Shown: positions 33,600-45,436 of the stretch, piece after piece | Layout of the letters: the number at the start of each line of letters is the position of its first letter | How positions within the stretch are numbered: position 1 is the stretch's first letter | Origin: Chlorokybus atmophyticus | Lineage: Eukaryota > Plantae > Mesostigma and Chlorokybus algae | Reading direction: 5' to 3' | Assembly: GCA_009103225.1 (NCBI GenBank) | Contig: RHPI01002973.1 | Coordinates: 26,096 to 90,095, forward strand | DNA: 64,000 bases | Program-made: the position numbers and the translations under genes | Notes under the pieces: generated by a model | Told to the model about the DNA's origin: nothing | The model's input: only the letters and a program-made list of their open reading frames with translations | Database searches by the model: none

Positions 33600-34470
33600 C
33601 CGCCGGCGCCACCTCACTGAGCGGTAAAACCCTACTGCACAGACCACGGTACTTTAAGCCCATGCACGTGAGTTGACAGTCGCACCATGCAAGGTGCTTG
33701 ACTCTATGGAGTAACTGCACACCGTTCGATAAGCTTGGATCGACGGTTACTAGAGGCTGCCATGAAGACTTACCCTTGACAGTCGCATCATGCATGGTGC
33801 GACTGTCAAGGAGCTGCGCGTGCATCAGCGATGGTCCCAATCACTGTTCTGCGGACCAACCTAAAACCACGCATAGTCCGTACTCTCCCACACCTTCGGA
33901 TCATGAAGAGCTTGGTTAAGTCAAGGACCATATACGGTCTGCAAGTATACGACAATTTGGACCAATAGCTGCCTGGTTAGCTTAAGGACCATGAATGGCC
34001 CACAACTTGTTAGATTTTGGACCAGTAGGAGCTTGTTAAGGCGGCAGACCATGTATGGTGCGTGCTGCTTGTCTAAAATGACCGATAAGCTGAGCGTGCA
34101 CCAGCAACGGTCCGCCCAATCAGTGTGGTTCGGACCAGTCCCATCGATATCATTCACCGCAACACATACGGTCCGGCATTGTTGTGGTCCAGACCACGCA
34201 TGGTCCGTACACCCATTGACAGTCGCATCGGCAATATGCCTGGTCCGGCTGCAGACCGTGTATGGTCCAGTCTTTCGCGGCCAGTAGGACCGGTAATATG
34301 TCTGGTCCAGCCACGCACTACATCTGGTGCGTGACTGCGCACCAGGATTCGGGACCCCGAACGGACCATGCATGGTCCGTCCCCCGCGGACCAGGCAGTC
34401 CTGGCCCGCGGGATACGGACCATGCATGGTCCTGGGGGTCCGTGAAAGGACCATACCTGGTCCTTGAGCG
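33600..34470. repeat. CACTA subterminal palindromic repeats (GGACCATGCATGGTCC and variants)
   Basis: Many imperfect GACCA(N4)TGGTC palindromes interspersed with GACAGTC. Confidence 0.85.
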
Positions 34471-34769
34471 TCAATCCGTGTGAATGGCATGCATCAGCAC
34501 AAGCATACACACGCTTTACACATCAAATGTGCATATGTTTGTCCTGCTATAATAGGAACGCCTATATATATGCACATCGCTGATTGCTACCATGCAACAC
34601 CCTTGCGCGTTACATGCCGTGCATGTCATGCCATGCTATTGCCTAAATGCGTGTCCAGTTCATGTCCATAACAATAGAGGCGCTGCCTATGCAATTGCAT
34701 CAACTTCTGGCGCACGTTTGTGAATGAATGCCATGCAACATGCAAGTTAACCTGTAAACTTGTTTGTCA

Positions 34770-35136
34770 GGTCCAGTTATGCAATTGGGAGCTTTCAACT
34801 CGTGGAATTGTTCAGCAGGCACCCATTGCGATTGCAGCTACTGTACAAACCGGTGTGTATGTGGCAGTCTCCGTGCATGAGAACACTCCCTCGCCTCCCG
34901 ATGCGCCTCTTCCTACTCGCACTATCATTAACTCGGGCACCTATGGCGCTGCTGGCCTGCGCATTGTGATCGAGTGCGACAACAATATTGCTGCACGCTG
35001 GAGTGTGTTTACTGGCTCCCAAGTCCCTGCACCTGGTGCAACGCCCGGTACCAGTCTCACACCAACTTGTAATGGAGTTTTTCCTACTCGCGACCCTCCT
35101 AGTGAACCTGGTGACTCAAGTGACTCGTCGCAATGA
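34770..35136 (+). CDS. Orphan exon of unknown function (beta-rich, Pro/Thr-rich end)
   Basis: AG acceptor at about 34770 and an open frame VQLCNWELSTRGIVQQAPIA...LRIVIECDNNIAARWSVFTG. No family recognised. Confidence 0.3.
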
Positions 35137-35229
35137 CCATTGGTCTACACAGACTTTGTTTGCCCTGTACACTCTGGTCATCGCTGAGCTGCTCTGCTAG
35201 TAATTCTCCAAATGTGGCTGTTGCTTGTG

Positions 35230-36252
35230 CAGTTACTGATAACAGTGGAGTGTGTGCCTTTGCAGCAAAGAGAGTACTACGCTATGTTCCTGGGAGCGCA
35301 ACAGTTGGCATCAAGTTTGGGAGCGGGAGCACTGAGTTGGAGGGCTACTGCGACTCGGACTTTGCTGGTGACCTCAACAGCAGGAGGTCCTCTACAGGCT
35401 ACGTCTTCAAGCTGAATGGAGGCGTGGTGAGCTGGAACAGCAAGCTGCAGTCAACAACAGCAGCATCTACATCAAAGGCTGAGTACATGGCAGCGGCAGC
35501 AGCAGTAAAGGAGGCACTTTGGCTTCGCAAGCTCATGCAATAACTGGAGCACCCCATGGCGTGCATCGTCATCAACTGTGACAGCCAAGGAGCCATCAAG
35601 TTGTTGAAGCACCCTATCGCCTCGGCAAGGACAAAGCACATTGATGTCATGCATCACTTTGTGCGTGACAGAATCACACGGAGAGAGGTGGAGTTTCAGT
35701 ACTGTAACACTGAAGACATGCTGGCGGACTTCATGACAAAGCCATTGACATTGCTCAAGTTTAAGACTTGTTGCGCAGGACTTGGCATCTGTGTTTAACA
35801 ATAAAAGCAAGCGTTGAAGGTCAAGCTACTCGCATGGGAGTGTAGAGAGTCATATCTACATACGATCAGCATCGACCCTCCACACAGGAGTAGAAGGTCG
35901 TAAGGATGAGCACTAGGTCCGGACTTAGCAAGATGGTGTCGTCGCACTAGACTCCAAACTCCAGACTAGAGCCTTACTAACTGCTTCGTATCTCAGCGTA
36001 TACTTACTCATATTAGGCGTGTAAGAGCTTGTTGGAAAAAAAGACAACGCAGCTTAGAGCGCGTAAAAAGGCTGAGTATAGCTTACGCAGTGCTTGCAAA
36101 CGTAGACGTTTGTGTAACTGGCTGGTATAAGAACCAGCGGACAACTTGTAATCAATGAATGTGATGTGACTTGTGTATGCTCTGCTGGCGGTAGCTCTGT
36201 CTCTGTGTGTCTATGCTTGCCTCAACTACATGTGCATGCTAGTTCTTCAACA
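35230..36252 (+). mobile_element. pol: Ty1/copia 3' fragment (RNase H, PPT, family-B LTR 35841-36252)
   Basis: GYCDSDFAGD...KHIDVMHHFVRDR. The LTR matches 18895-19337. Confidence 0.9.
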
Positions 36253-36299
36253 TAGGGGAGCTCGCTGTACTGATCAGATTCATTTTGCCTTGAGACACG

Positions 36300-37010
36300 A
36301 CCAGATCACAATCACACAGCGAGTTGTGAGGGAGCACTAGCATATACCCGCACATTGCACAAGCTGGAGACGGGCATTACTCCTGTACACAAGCATGCAT
36401 ATTCGTATGCACTGTGTTGAGGGTGCCTGGGAGAATCCACAGTGGCCCCTTTTTTATCAGGGGCCCGCGATAGGTGTTCATTAGGATCTCGAGTATCAGA
36501 TGAGGGCAGGCCACCCAATGCATGTTCCCACGTACGCGAGGGGGGAGAGGTGGCCCCCCCTACTCAAGTTGTACAAGACGAGGTGTCTTGCGCGCACGAC
36601 ACCACCATTGGATTTCAGCGCCAACCCAGATCATGGGCTCACCGCAAAAGTTGTTCCAACCTCCTGGATTGTACCGGAGTGGCACCTTCTTCCCACACCT
36701 ACGGAGAGGGGTCCAGTATTGAGGAGCAGCATGCTCACTGCCTTTATACTCGGGGCGCTGGTTCATGCTGATAGGGATAACCTGACATCGGGGTTGCACC
36801 ATCCCCATGCTGGCAATCAAGCCGCCGCTCGCGCCCACGCCAACCGCAGCCTCGGCTCTGCTCGGCCATGTGTAACGCTTGGGCCACGCCAGGGCATTGC
36901 TCTCGTCCGCCGCCGCCATCGTGGGCAGGCTAACTCGCATGCACAAGGCAAAGGCGTAGAGTCCAAGGCATTGATTACTGCTGGACGACCGAGATGACAA
37001 GGCCATCACC
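36300..37010 (-). mobile_element. Possible decayed non-LTR retrotransposon C-terminal (zinc-binding) fragment
   Basis: The minus frame reads LNTVHT...CPSPACAMCG...HNSLCDC, resembling the CCHC of LINE ORF2. It contains stops. Confidence 0.35.
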
Positions 37011-37079
37011 TCAATACACCGGAGAATATGAGTCGAATCTTGTTATAAGCATCGGTCATCAAGCACCAGCTTATACGAC

Positions 37080-37400
37080 AGTCATAGGCACAACATTCCC
37101 AATTGGTGCACTTAGCTTTGGGTCAACGTAGTCCCAGAACTCCTTGTATATCAGCTTCATCTTCATCTCGAAGCTCCAGCTAGCGTGACTGTTCTCTCCC
37201 AGGGGCTTGATGGTATACTTCTCCTTCTCTGCATCCGTTGTAGTTGCCATTGGATTCTCCAAGCCGCTCAACCTTCAGCAAACAGCCATAGCATGGGTGT
37301 GGGCCCATAACCTGTAGATTGGAGCTATTGCATGCAACCATGCACAGTATACAACAGACACACGCAATGGTTGAGCTTGTACTGCGTATGTTACGATAGC
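37080..37400 (-). mobile_element. gag: Copia family A gag start, PBS and partial LTR
   Basis: Paralogous to 10080-10450, with PBS GGTTATGGGCCCA. Confidence 0.85.
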
Positions 37401-37486
37401 CCTCAGAAAAGGGCTTGAATAACAATAAATCCTAAGAAAACCTCAACATGCAAGCGCCTTTCGCTTACATGGCCTACTGAAAATGA

Positions 37487-39832
37487 ATGAAAATGAAGTC
37501 TGAAGTTGCTGGAGCTGTGCTTACGGTCGTGGCATTGCTAGAGACACAAGGTGGCAAGAAGGTGAAAGCAATGCGGAGTGATCGAGGAGGGGAATACATC
37601 AACAACGAGTTGAAGGAGTACTTCGCCAGCAAAGGCATACGCCACGAGACAACGGCACCCTACACCCCGCAGCAGAATGGAGCTGCTGAGCGTCTGAACC
37701 GGACCCTGATGGAGCGAGTACGAGCCATGCTCAACGACAATCAGCTGGAAGACAGTTTGTGGAGTGAAGCTGTCCTTACCGCCAACTATATATGCAATCG
37801 GTCACCTGTGAATTCTGAGCAGAAGACACCGTGGGAGCTCTTCTATGGCACTGCACCAGATGTGAGTGGTATGCGTGTGTTCGGGTGCATAGCATATGCA
37901 CTGGTGCCTAAAGCTTTAAGGCACAAGTTGGAGCCAGTTAGCCAGAAAGGCGTTTTTGTTGGCTATGAGCCGGGTTCCAAGGCTTACCGGATCCTGCTGG
38001 AGAAAGAGCAAAAGGTCAGTGTAAGCAGAGATGTGGTGTTCCACGAGGGTTCATCACAAAGAGAAGCGGGTTTCTACCCCAAAGACGAAGATGAAGCACA
38101 GGCGCAGGTGTCTTTTAAGTGTGTGGAGACTGAAAGAGGCGCGGCTGTCGTCGACATGGGTGCGAAGGAGAAGGACTTGGCTGTGGCTAGCAATGAAGAG
38201 CGGCATCAGCATCAGTCATCTCGGAGGTACCCTGAGAGGGAGAGAAACGAGCCAGACTTCTTCCACAAGGCACTTGCAGCAAAAGTACATGAGGATAGTG
38301 AAGAGCCAAGCACCTACTTGGAGGCATTGCGGGCACCTAATGCAGAGCAATGGCAGCGAGCTATGGACGAGGAGATTGCGTCACTCCATGCCAACAACAC
38401 TTGGGTGGTGGAGAAGCTTCCTGCAGGTGCGAAAGCTATCCCTGTCAAATGGGTCTTCAAGGTGAAGCGTGATGGTCAAGGCAACATCGAGCGATACAAA
38501 GCAAGGTTGGTGGCAAAGGGCTTTATGCAGCAAGAGGGAGTGGACTTTATTGAAGTCTTCGCGCCTGCAAGTAAGCATGTCACCTTTCGGGCATTGTTGG
38601 CTATGGTTACTGCGGAGGATCTAGAGATGCATCACCTCGATGTGAAGACTGCATTATTCTACGGAGAGCTGGAGGAGGAGATCTACATTGAGCAACCACC
38701 TGGCTATGAAGAAGGCATGCGCGGTACGGCCTGCAAGCTGACTAAGGCGCTATATGGGCTACGACAAGCACCCCGTATGTGGCACATCAAGTTGACTCAA
38801 GAGCTTGAGTCACAAGGCTTCAAGGCATCTACTGCTGATCCGGGGCTCTTCTTCCATGATGAGAAGAAGGTGTGGCTACTCGTGTATGTGGACGACATCG
38901 TCGTCACTGCCAGGCGGGTGGAGAACCTGCAAGAAACAAAGCTAATGCTGCAGCAAGCATTTTTTGTTCGTGATCTCGGGGAGGCCAAGTGGTTCCTTGG
39001 CATGGTGATCGAGAGAGACAGGGCTGCGCGTACAATTAAGATTAGCCAGGAGCAGATGGTGAAAAGACTTACAGCCAAGTTTGGGATGACTGAGGCAAAG
39101 ACCAAGTCTACACCTCTGGCGATTGGTAAAAGCCTCATCAAGGCAAAGGACGGGGAGGTACTCAACAAGGCTCAATATCCATACGGTGAGCTTGTAGGCA
39201 TCATGCTCTACTTGGCAGTGTGCACACGGCCGGATATTGCACATGCTGTTGGAGTTCTTGCTCGCTACATGTCTGCACCATCGCTTGAGCACTGGAAGGC
39301 TGCAAAGGCAGTACGCTATGTGGCTGGGAGCGCTACTGTTGGCATCAAGTTTGGTCGCGGTAATATGGAGTTGATGGGATATTGCGACTCTGACTTTGCT
39401 GGGGACCTTGATAGCGGAAGGTCTACTACGGGCTATGTGTTCATGCTCAACGGAGGAGTTGTGAGCTGGAACAGCAGGCTACAACCAACGACGGCGGCAT
39501 CCACATCTGAGGCGGAGTACATGGCAGCAGCAGCAGCAGTGAAGGAGGCATTGTGGCTTCGCAAGCTGATGGCAGATCTTGAGCATCCCATGGCATGCAT
39601 CATGATCAACTGCGATAATCAGAGCGCCATCAAGGTGCTGAAGCACCCCATTGCGTCTTCACGCACGAAGCATATTGATGTTATGCATCATTTTGTGCGA
39701 GACAGAGTCACCAGGAAGGAGATTGCCTTTCAATACTGCAACACTGAAGACATGCTCGCAGACTTTATGACCAAGCCACTGTCACCGGTGAAGTTCAAGG
39801 CATGTTGTGTTGGTCTTGGTATTTGTGTCTGA
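37487..39832 (+). CDS. pol: Ty1/copia integrase-RT-RNase H, uninterrupted 781 aa, 5'-truncated element
   Basis: SDRGGEY, NGAAERLNRTL, ARLVAKG, YVDDI, GYCDSDFAGD and KHIDVMHHFVRD, followed by a PPT and an LTR at 39866 to about 40373. Confidence 0.96.
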   Translation: MKMKSEVAGAVLTVVALLETQGGKKVKAMRSDRGGEYINNELKEYFASKGIRHETTAPYTPQQNGAAERLNRTLMERVRAMLNDNQLEDSLWSEAVLTANYICNRSPVNSEQKTPWELFYGTAPDVSGMRVFGCIAYALVPKALRHKLEPVSQKGVFVGYEPGSKAYRILLEKEQKVSVSRDVVFHEGSSQREAGFYPKDEDEAQAQVSFKCVETERGAAVVDMGAKEKDLAVASNEERHQHQSSRRYPERERNEPDFFHKALAAKVHEDSEEPSTYLEALRAPNAEQWQRAMDEEIASLHANNTWVVEKLPAGAKAIPVKWVFKVKRDGQGNIERYKARLVAKGFMQQEGVDFIEVFAPASKHVTFRALLAMVTAEDLEMHHLDVKTALFYGELEEEIYIEQPPGYEEGMRGTACKLTKALYGLRQAPRMWHIKLTQELESQGFKASTADPGLFFHDEKKVWLLVYVDDIVVTARRVENLQETKLMLQQAFFVRDLGEAKWFLGMVIERDRAARTIKISQEQMVKRLTAKFGMTEAKTKSTPLAIGKSLIKAKDGEVLNKAQYPYGELVGIMLYLAVCTRPDIAHAVGVLARYMSAPSLEHWKAAKAVRYVAGSATVGIKFGRGNMELMGYCDSDFAGDLDSGRSTTGYVFMLNGGVVSWNSRLQPTTAASTSEAEYMAAAAAVKEALWLRKLMADLEHPMACIMINCDNQSAIKVLKHPIASSRTKHIDVMHHFVRDRVTRKEIAFQYCNTEDMLADFMTKPLSPVKFKACCVGLGICV

Positions 39833-39865
39833 GCAGGAGCTTGAGTCAAGCTGCCTGCGTGGGAG

Positions 39866-40373
39866 TGTTGACGGACGACATCCAGTCAGCCTGACTCCCA
39901 TAGACTAAGGCATTGAGTGTTAGAAATGGCTAAGTCCTTGTGCACGTCGCACTTGCAATACGAGGACTGATATCGAGCAGTTGTGAGTCTAGAGCTCGAT
40001 ATCGGTACAGACTGCTGGCGGACACTCGAAGACTCCGGACTTGGGAGCATCTGGAAGAGTCTGGCGACAGGCCAGAGCTTCGGTAGAAGTTGCAGAACTT
40101 CGTGGCTACTTAGTTGCAAGGAACGTGGCATAGCTTGTTGGAAAGGTCTTGAAGCTGGCTACGTGGAGCAACTTAGAGCACCTCGATAGGACGCTTGTTG
40201 AAGGCGCAGGATCTTCTAGAGTAGAGGTGTGTAGTCTGGCTAAGTATATAAGCTAGCGGACTACACTTGCTTGAATGGAATAGTGATTGCTTTTAGCCCA
40301 AGCCTTGGCGGCTGTTGTGTTGTATGTGTCATGCCCTGCCCTGCTGCATGTGTCCACTAGCTTCCCCACAACA
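39866..40373 (+). repeat. 3' LTR of the 37487-39832 copia
   Basis: TGTTG start directly after GCGTGGGAG and a probable CAACA end. It shares a segment with the 28440 LTR. Confidence 0.7.
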
Positions 40374-40389
40374 AAAGTGTCATGTTGAG

Positions 40390-42702
40390 GCGTTCAGCTG
40401 CTCCATTCTGCTGTGGGGTGTAGGGTGCCGTTGTCTCGTGGCGTATGCCCTTGCTGGCAAAGAACTCCTTCAACTCCTTGTTCATGTACTCCCCTCCTCG
40501 ATCACTCCTCATTGCCTTCATCTTGTTGCCAGACTGGGTCTCCAACAAGGCCACAACTGTGCGCATAGCTCCAGCAACCTCTGACTTCAGTGTTAACGGA
40601 AAGATGACGGATAGCTTGCTATAGTCGTCTAGGAATGTAGCAAAGTACCAGACCCCTCCCTTCGCCGCAATGCGCATAGGGCCACAGACATCCATGTGCA
40701 CAAGCTCGCAAGGATGTTGACTGCTAGAAGAGGATGATGGGAATTGCATAGCATGCTGTTTTGCAACCAGGCATGGTTCACAAAGTACACCTGATGCATT
40801 CTTGAATTCTTCTGTGCTGAGATGGATGCCCTTGACCATCTTCTTAGCGACAAGGCGAGTGAGGTTGACGTAGCTGAGATGCCCGAAGCTTCGATGCCAC
40901 AATGTTGGCGACTCCTTGTCCTTCACCACCATGGCTTGAATGTCAATGTCCTGAGGGTGCTGCTCCACGTGGTAGAGCCCTCCCGGATCAGCGATTCCAA
41001 CCATGTTCACGACCCCATCAAGGATGACTGTGCAGCCACCCTTCCGAAACACTATCTCTGCTCCCATGCGCTCAGCAACTCTTACAGAGAACAGACTTGC
41101 AACAGCCTTTGGCACATGCACGACGCCTCGTAACAAGACCTCTCATTGTATGTTATCAACCTCGCACTGGAGCCGCACATTGCCAAATCCTTCGGCAACC
41201 AGTACTTCGCCACCGAAGCCTGCCACCTTCACTTGTGACGTCAGCTTCATGTAGCCCTTCATCACCTCCTTGTTGGGGGTGAGATGACGGTCGCATCCAA
41301 AGTCCACCACCCAAGAACTGGTGTCTCCCCTCAGACTGGATGCCATGAAAGCAATGGACTTGTCCATCTGATGCTCGTTGCCGTTGTTGCTGGTGCGTGC
41401 TCTAGGTTGCCCTTGTTGTTTCTTCCGACAGTTCTTCTCAATATGCCCTTTCCAACCACACCAATTGCACTTGAGGTTCTTGTGACGAGGATTTCCAGAT
41501 GTGCTGCCTTTATTCTTCTCCTCATGGTTGCCACGCTTCCCATGCTTGTTGGTGTAGACGGCCACGGCATTACCTTGCTCGTCCTTCTTCACAACCCTCT
41601 GCTCCACGGTGAGCAGCTTTGGTAGAACATCGTCCAGCGTCAGCTCCAATGACGATATCTTTAGTAGTGTTGCGACGATCTCGTACTCTGCTGGTAGCCC
41701 TGCAACAACAGCCAGCACAACACCCGTCTCCCCTATGTCGTGGCCGACGTTAATAAGGTCCGCCCACAGCTCTCTCGCGCGCGCAACATACTTTGTCATG
41801 GGTTCTGCTGCCTCCTTCCTGAGTGCGCTCAGCTGCTTGCGTAGCTGCAACTTTCTGGCGTTGTTCATGGCTTTGAAAACGGCTGATAGCTTTTCCCAAG
41901 CTTGTGTACCATCTTCACGTGCAGTGAGCATGGGAAAGTGATGCGGTTTGCTGTTCAACACAAGCAAAGAGTGTGCTTCTGCTGAATGCTCTGACCGCAC
42001 AGTGTTCGCTCCTGGTGTCGGTGGTGGTGCCTTTGGATCAACGTACTTCCACACCTTCTTGTGGATGAGCAAGGCCTTCATCTCCACGCACCATGTGTTG
42101 TAGTTGTCGGTGTCCAGCTTTGCAATCTGCCCCTTGTCGTAGGTTGCCTCCATCTCTGTCCTGCCTTTTCTTGCAGTTGACACCCAAGGCTCTACTACCA
42201 ACAAGCTACCGTAGTGTAGAACGACTATGCACACAAGCTAGTCTCACACTCCTCAAGCGTAGTGTGGGCCCATAACCTGTTGAAGGACTAGCATGCACAT
42301 GTAGCTGAGACAAGCATGGATGCACACACACAGAGCTACCGCCACCAAAGCATACACAAGTCACATCAACATTCATCTATTACACGTTGTCCGCTGGTTC
42401 TTATACCAGCCAGTTACACACACGTCTACGTTTGCAAGCACTACGTAAGCTATACTCGGCCTTTTGACACGCTCTACGCTGTGTTGTCTTGCTTACAAGC
42501 AGAGCTTTCCAACAAGCTCTTACACGTCTAATATGAGTAAGTACACGCGGAGATACAAAGCAGTTAGGAAGGCTCCAGTCTGGAGTCCGGAGTCTGGTCC
42601 GACGACGCCATCTGCTAAGTCCGGACCTAGTGCTCGTCCTTACGACCTTCTACTCCTGTGTGGAGGGTCGATGCTGATCATATATAGGAATGACTCTCAA
42701 CA
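40390..42702 (-). mobile_element. gag-pol: Second copia family B copy (LTR 42278-42702, PBS, gag-PR-IN), truncated
   Basis: A 363-aa Gag-PR ORF and a 259-aa pre-integrase/integrase ORF closely paralogous to 19460-21250. Confidence 0.93.
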
Positions 42703-42789
42703 TTGTTTAGGCTGTGCTCTCAGGTTTGCCCAAGGAGTATAGGGTTGTTGTGACTATCTGGGAGTCATTAACGGAGGACTCGACATTGG

Positions 42790-43500
42790 ATGGGGTGACA
42801 CCATGGCTTCTTTAAGAGAAGCAGCGCTTGAGGAAAGAGGATGAAGTAGAGAACAGAGCTGAACCTGGAGGCGTGGCGTTCGCAACTTCATCAAGGCATG
42901 CACATGTGAAGAAGGGCGCTCGAGGCAGCAGCAACATGGAGTGTTGGTATTGCGGGGAGCCCGGTCATGTGAGAAGCAAGTGTCCCAAGTTGAAGAAGAT
43001 GAGGACTGATGGTGAAGAGCGGGTATCTGCGTTTCATGCATCCGATGAAAGAGCGGAGTATCCTGGTTTGGTGCTGGATTCGAGCGAGCAAGCAACTCAC
43101 AAGCGACAGGAGCAAGCTCACCAACCTCACTCCTTTGACAAAGCCAGTGATGGTGGACTTCGTGAACAAGAAGATGCTGGATGCTGTTGCAACGGGAGAG
43201 GCCAACCTTTGGTGCAAGGTTGGTGGTGTAGTGAAGAAGGTTGTGGTTAGAGTTGTACAGTATGTGCCAGGTGAATCTGCTAGTTTGTTCTCGATACGTG
43301 TAGCCACGAGGGTTGGTGCTAGAGTTGTGTTTGATGCGGACAAGGCTGGGATAGTGCTTGGGGGCGTTACACATGTGGTAGGCATCAACAACGGCGGGCT
43401 CTACTACGTTGAGGAGGACATTGCGCACAAGGTTGCAGCGACAAAGGTTGTTGAAAAGGGAGCATTAACGGGAACATTGAAGCGCTGCCTGGCCCGTACC
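42790..43500 (+). mobile_element. Decayed copia gag knuckle/protease fragment
   Basis: CWYCGEPGHVRSKC, LVLDS and YVPG..ASLFSIR, similar to the 29021 ORF. Confidence 0.8.
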
Positions 43501-45407
43501 CGCTACCTCCGGGCTCCCACCCAACACCTCCACAATGCGCGGCCTTGTCTGAACCTTGTAGTTTTGTAGCAGCCCAGCATCCGGAGTAAGATGCTGCGTA
43601 CAGCCAGAATCGAACACCCACCCAGACATCTGTCTTCCTGTGGATGCAATGAAGGCAACTGCTCCACCCACTCCTCTGTACCCACTTTGTGATTGCCCTT
43701 TGCTGCCTTCAGGTATTGACAATCACTCTTTCGGTGCCCAACTGGGTCGCAATGGAAGCACTTCCCCTTGAAAGGCTTCTTTTGCTTCTTTTTATCTCCA
43801 CCCTTGTTGCCATTGTTGTTGTTGCTTGTACCAGCTCCTTCAGATGATTACGCTCGAGCAGCGAACGCACTACACTCTCTATCAGCCTCGTTGCCCTTGA
43901 TCCCCCGATTCTGCCTTCAACAGGATTGGCAGGTCAACTTTCAAGTGGTATTAATACCCTCCAGCATGATCACAACAATTTCGAATTCTTGTGGCAACCC
44001 AAACAACACATGCAAGCACAAGTCATCCACTGAATCTCCTATGGAGGTCAAATCATTCTTGAGCTTCTGTGCATGTCCCAAATACTCTGTCTCACAGCCA
44101 GAATTAAACATACACCCTAACATCTGTCTTCCTGTGGATGCTGTGAAGGCAACTGCTCCACCTACTCCTCTGTATCCACCTTGTGATTGCCCTTTGCCGC
44201 CTTCAGCTGCTGACAATCATTCTTCCGGTGTCCAACTAGGTCGCAATGGAAGCACTTCCCCTTCAAAGGCTTCTTTTGCTTCTTTTAAGCTCCACCCTTG
44301 TTGCCATTGTTGTTGTTGCTTATACTAGCTCCTCCCAATGACTACGCTCGAGCAGCAAACGCATTAGATTTTCTATCAGCCTCGTTGCCCTTAATCCCCG
44401 ATTATGCCTTCAACGAGATTGGCAGGTCAACTTCTGAGTAGTACTGATACCCTCCAGCATGATCAGAACAATTTCCAATTCTTGTGGCAACTTAGACAAC
44501 ACATTTAAGCACAGGCCATCCACTGAATCTCCTATAAAGGTCAAATCATTCCTGAGCTTCTGTGCACGTCCCAAATACTCTGTCTCACTAGCAAGCTTCC
44601 TCATGTTGTTGAATGCTTGCTTGAGCTCAATCTTACGACCAGCAGAGCGTGTAGAGAACATATTTTCTAATGCTTCCCATGCATGCTTGGCATCAGATTG
44701 CAATCTGTAGCAGTGGCCTGATGAAACGGCTCAACGTGTGTACTCATCAAAGCCAAAGCACGCAAATTGCATCGCATCCATGCAGACTCGTTACCAATTG
44801 GCGCACTCCCCTTTGGGTTAACATATTTCCACAGCTCTTTGTGGATGAGCTCCATCTCACAGCTCCAGCTGGCGTAGTTGTCATCTCCCAAAGGTTTTAT
44901 GGTGAACATCTCCTTCTGGCTGAACTTCACAGCTGAACCCTGCAGTCCTCCTGCTTGTCCGCTGTACCTCTTAGACTCTCAGCTTATAGCTTCAACAACC
45001 TCACACACAGAGGAGAATACTCTCTTACAAGACCTAGCTCTACACACGTAAAGATGAGCCCATAACCTATTGAGTAGAGATGCTGCATGCAACCATGCAC
45101 AAGTATACACAGCACAGTGGTATGAGCAGAGCTACACCGCCAACGAAGTGACCAGAGAAAGTGAACTAGTTCAATAGCCCGCGGCCTGTCGGCTCGAAAC
45201 CTTCAGTCTAGGTCGTACCAAGGACCAGTCTAGACTGTACCAGTCCCAACTACCTGCAGCCTATACATTCAGCTGCAATCTATGTGTAGATTATCAAGTA
45301 CCAATATAATAAGCTACAATAGGGCTAGCTAAGCTGACTGGACAATAGCACATAAGTGTCATATGCTATACATGTAGAGAACACTGCAAATCGTGCTATT
45401 CTCCACA
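43500..45407 (-). mobile_element. gag: Copia family A 5' region with an internally duplicated gag (LTR 45068-45407)
   Basis: A PBS remnant at 45055-45067, and a ~494 bp tandem duplication (units at 43627 and 44121) covering the zinc knuckle and protease start. Confidence 0.85.
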
Positions 45408-45436
45408 GACGCCACTCGGTGCCGGTTGTAAAACAC

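Larger units (their letters stand above)
21700..34480. mobile_element. En/Spm (CACTA/CMC) DNA transposon, left end missing, with convergent transposase and accessory genes
   Basis: A DDE transposase gene, palindromic subterminal repeats at 33600-34470, a right end reading CACGG on the minus strand at 34480, and GACWGTC motifs shared by the introns of both genes. Confidence 0.85.

Noticed and set aside
33600-34470. CRISPR-like array of palindromic repeats (also 5700-6135 and 56010-56720)
   Set aside because: The repeats are irregularly spaced and degenerate, there are no cas genes, and the context is a eukaryotic transposon end or exon duplication.
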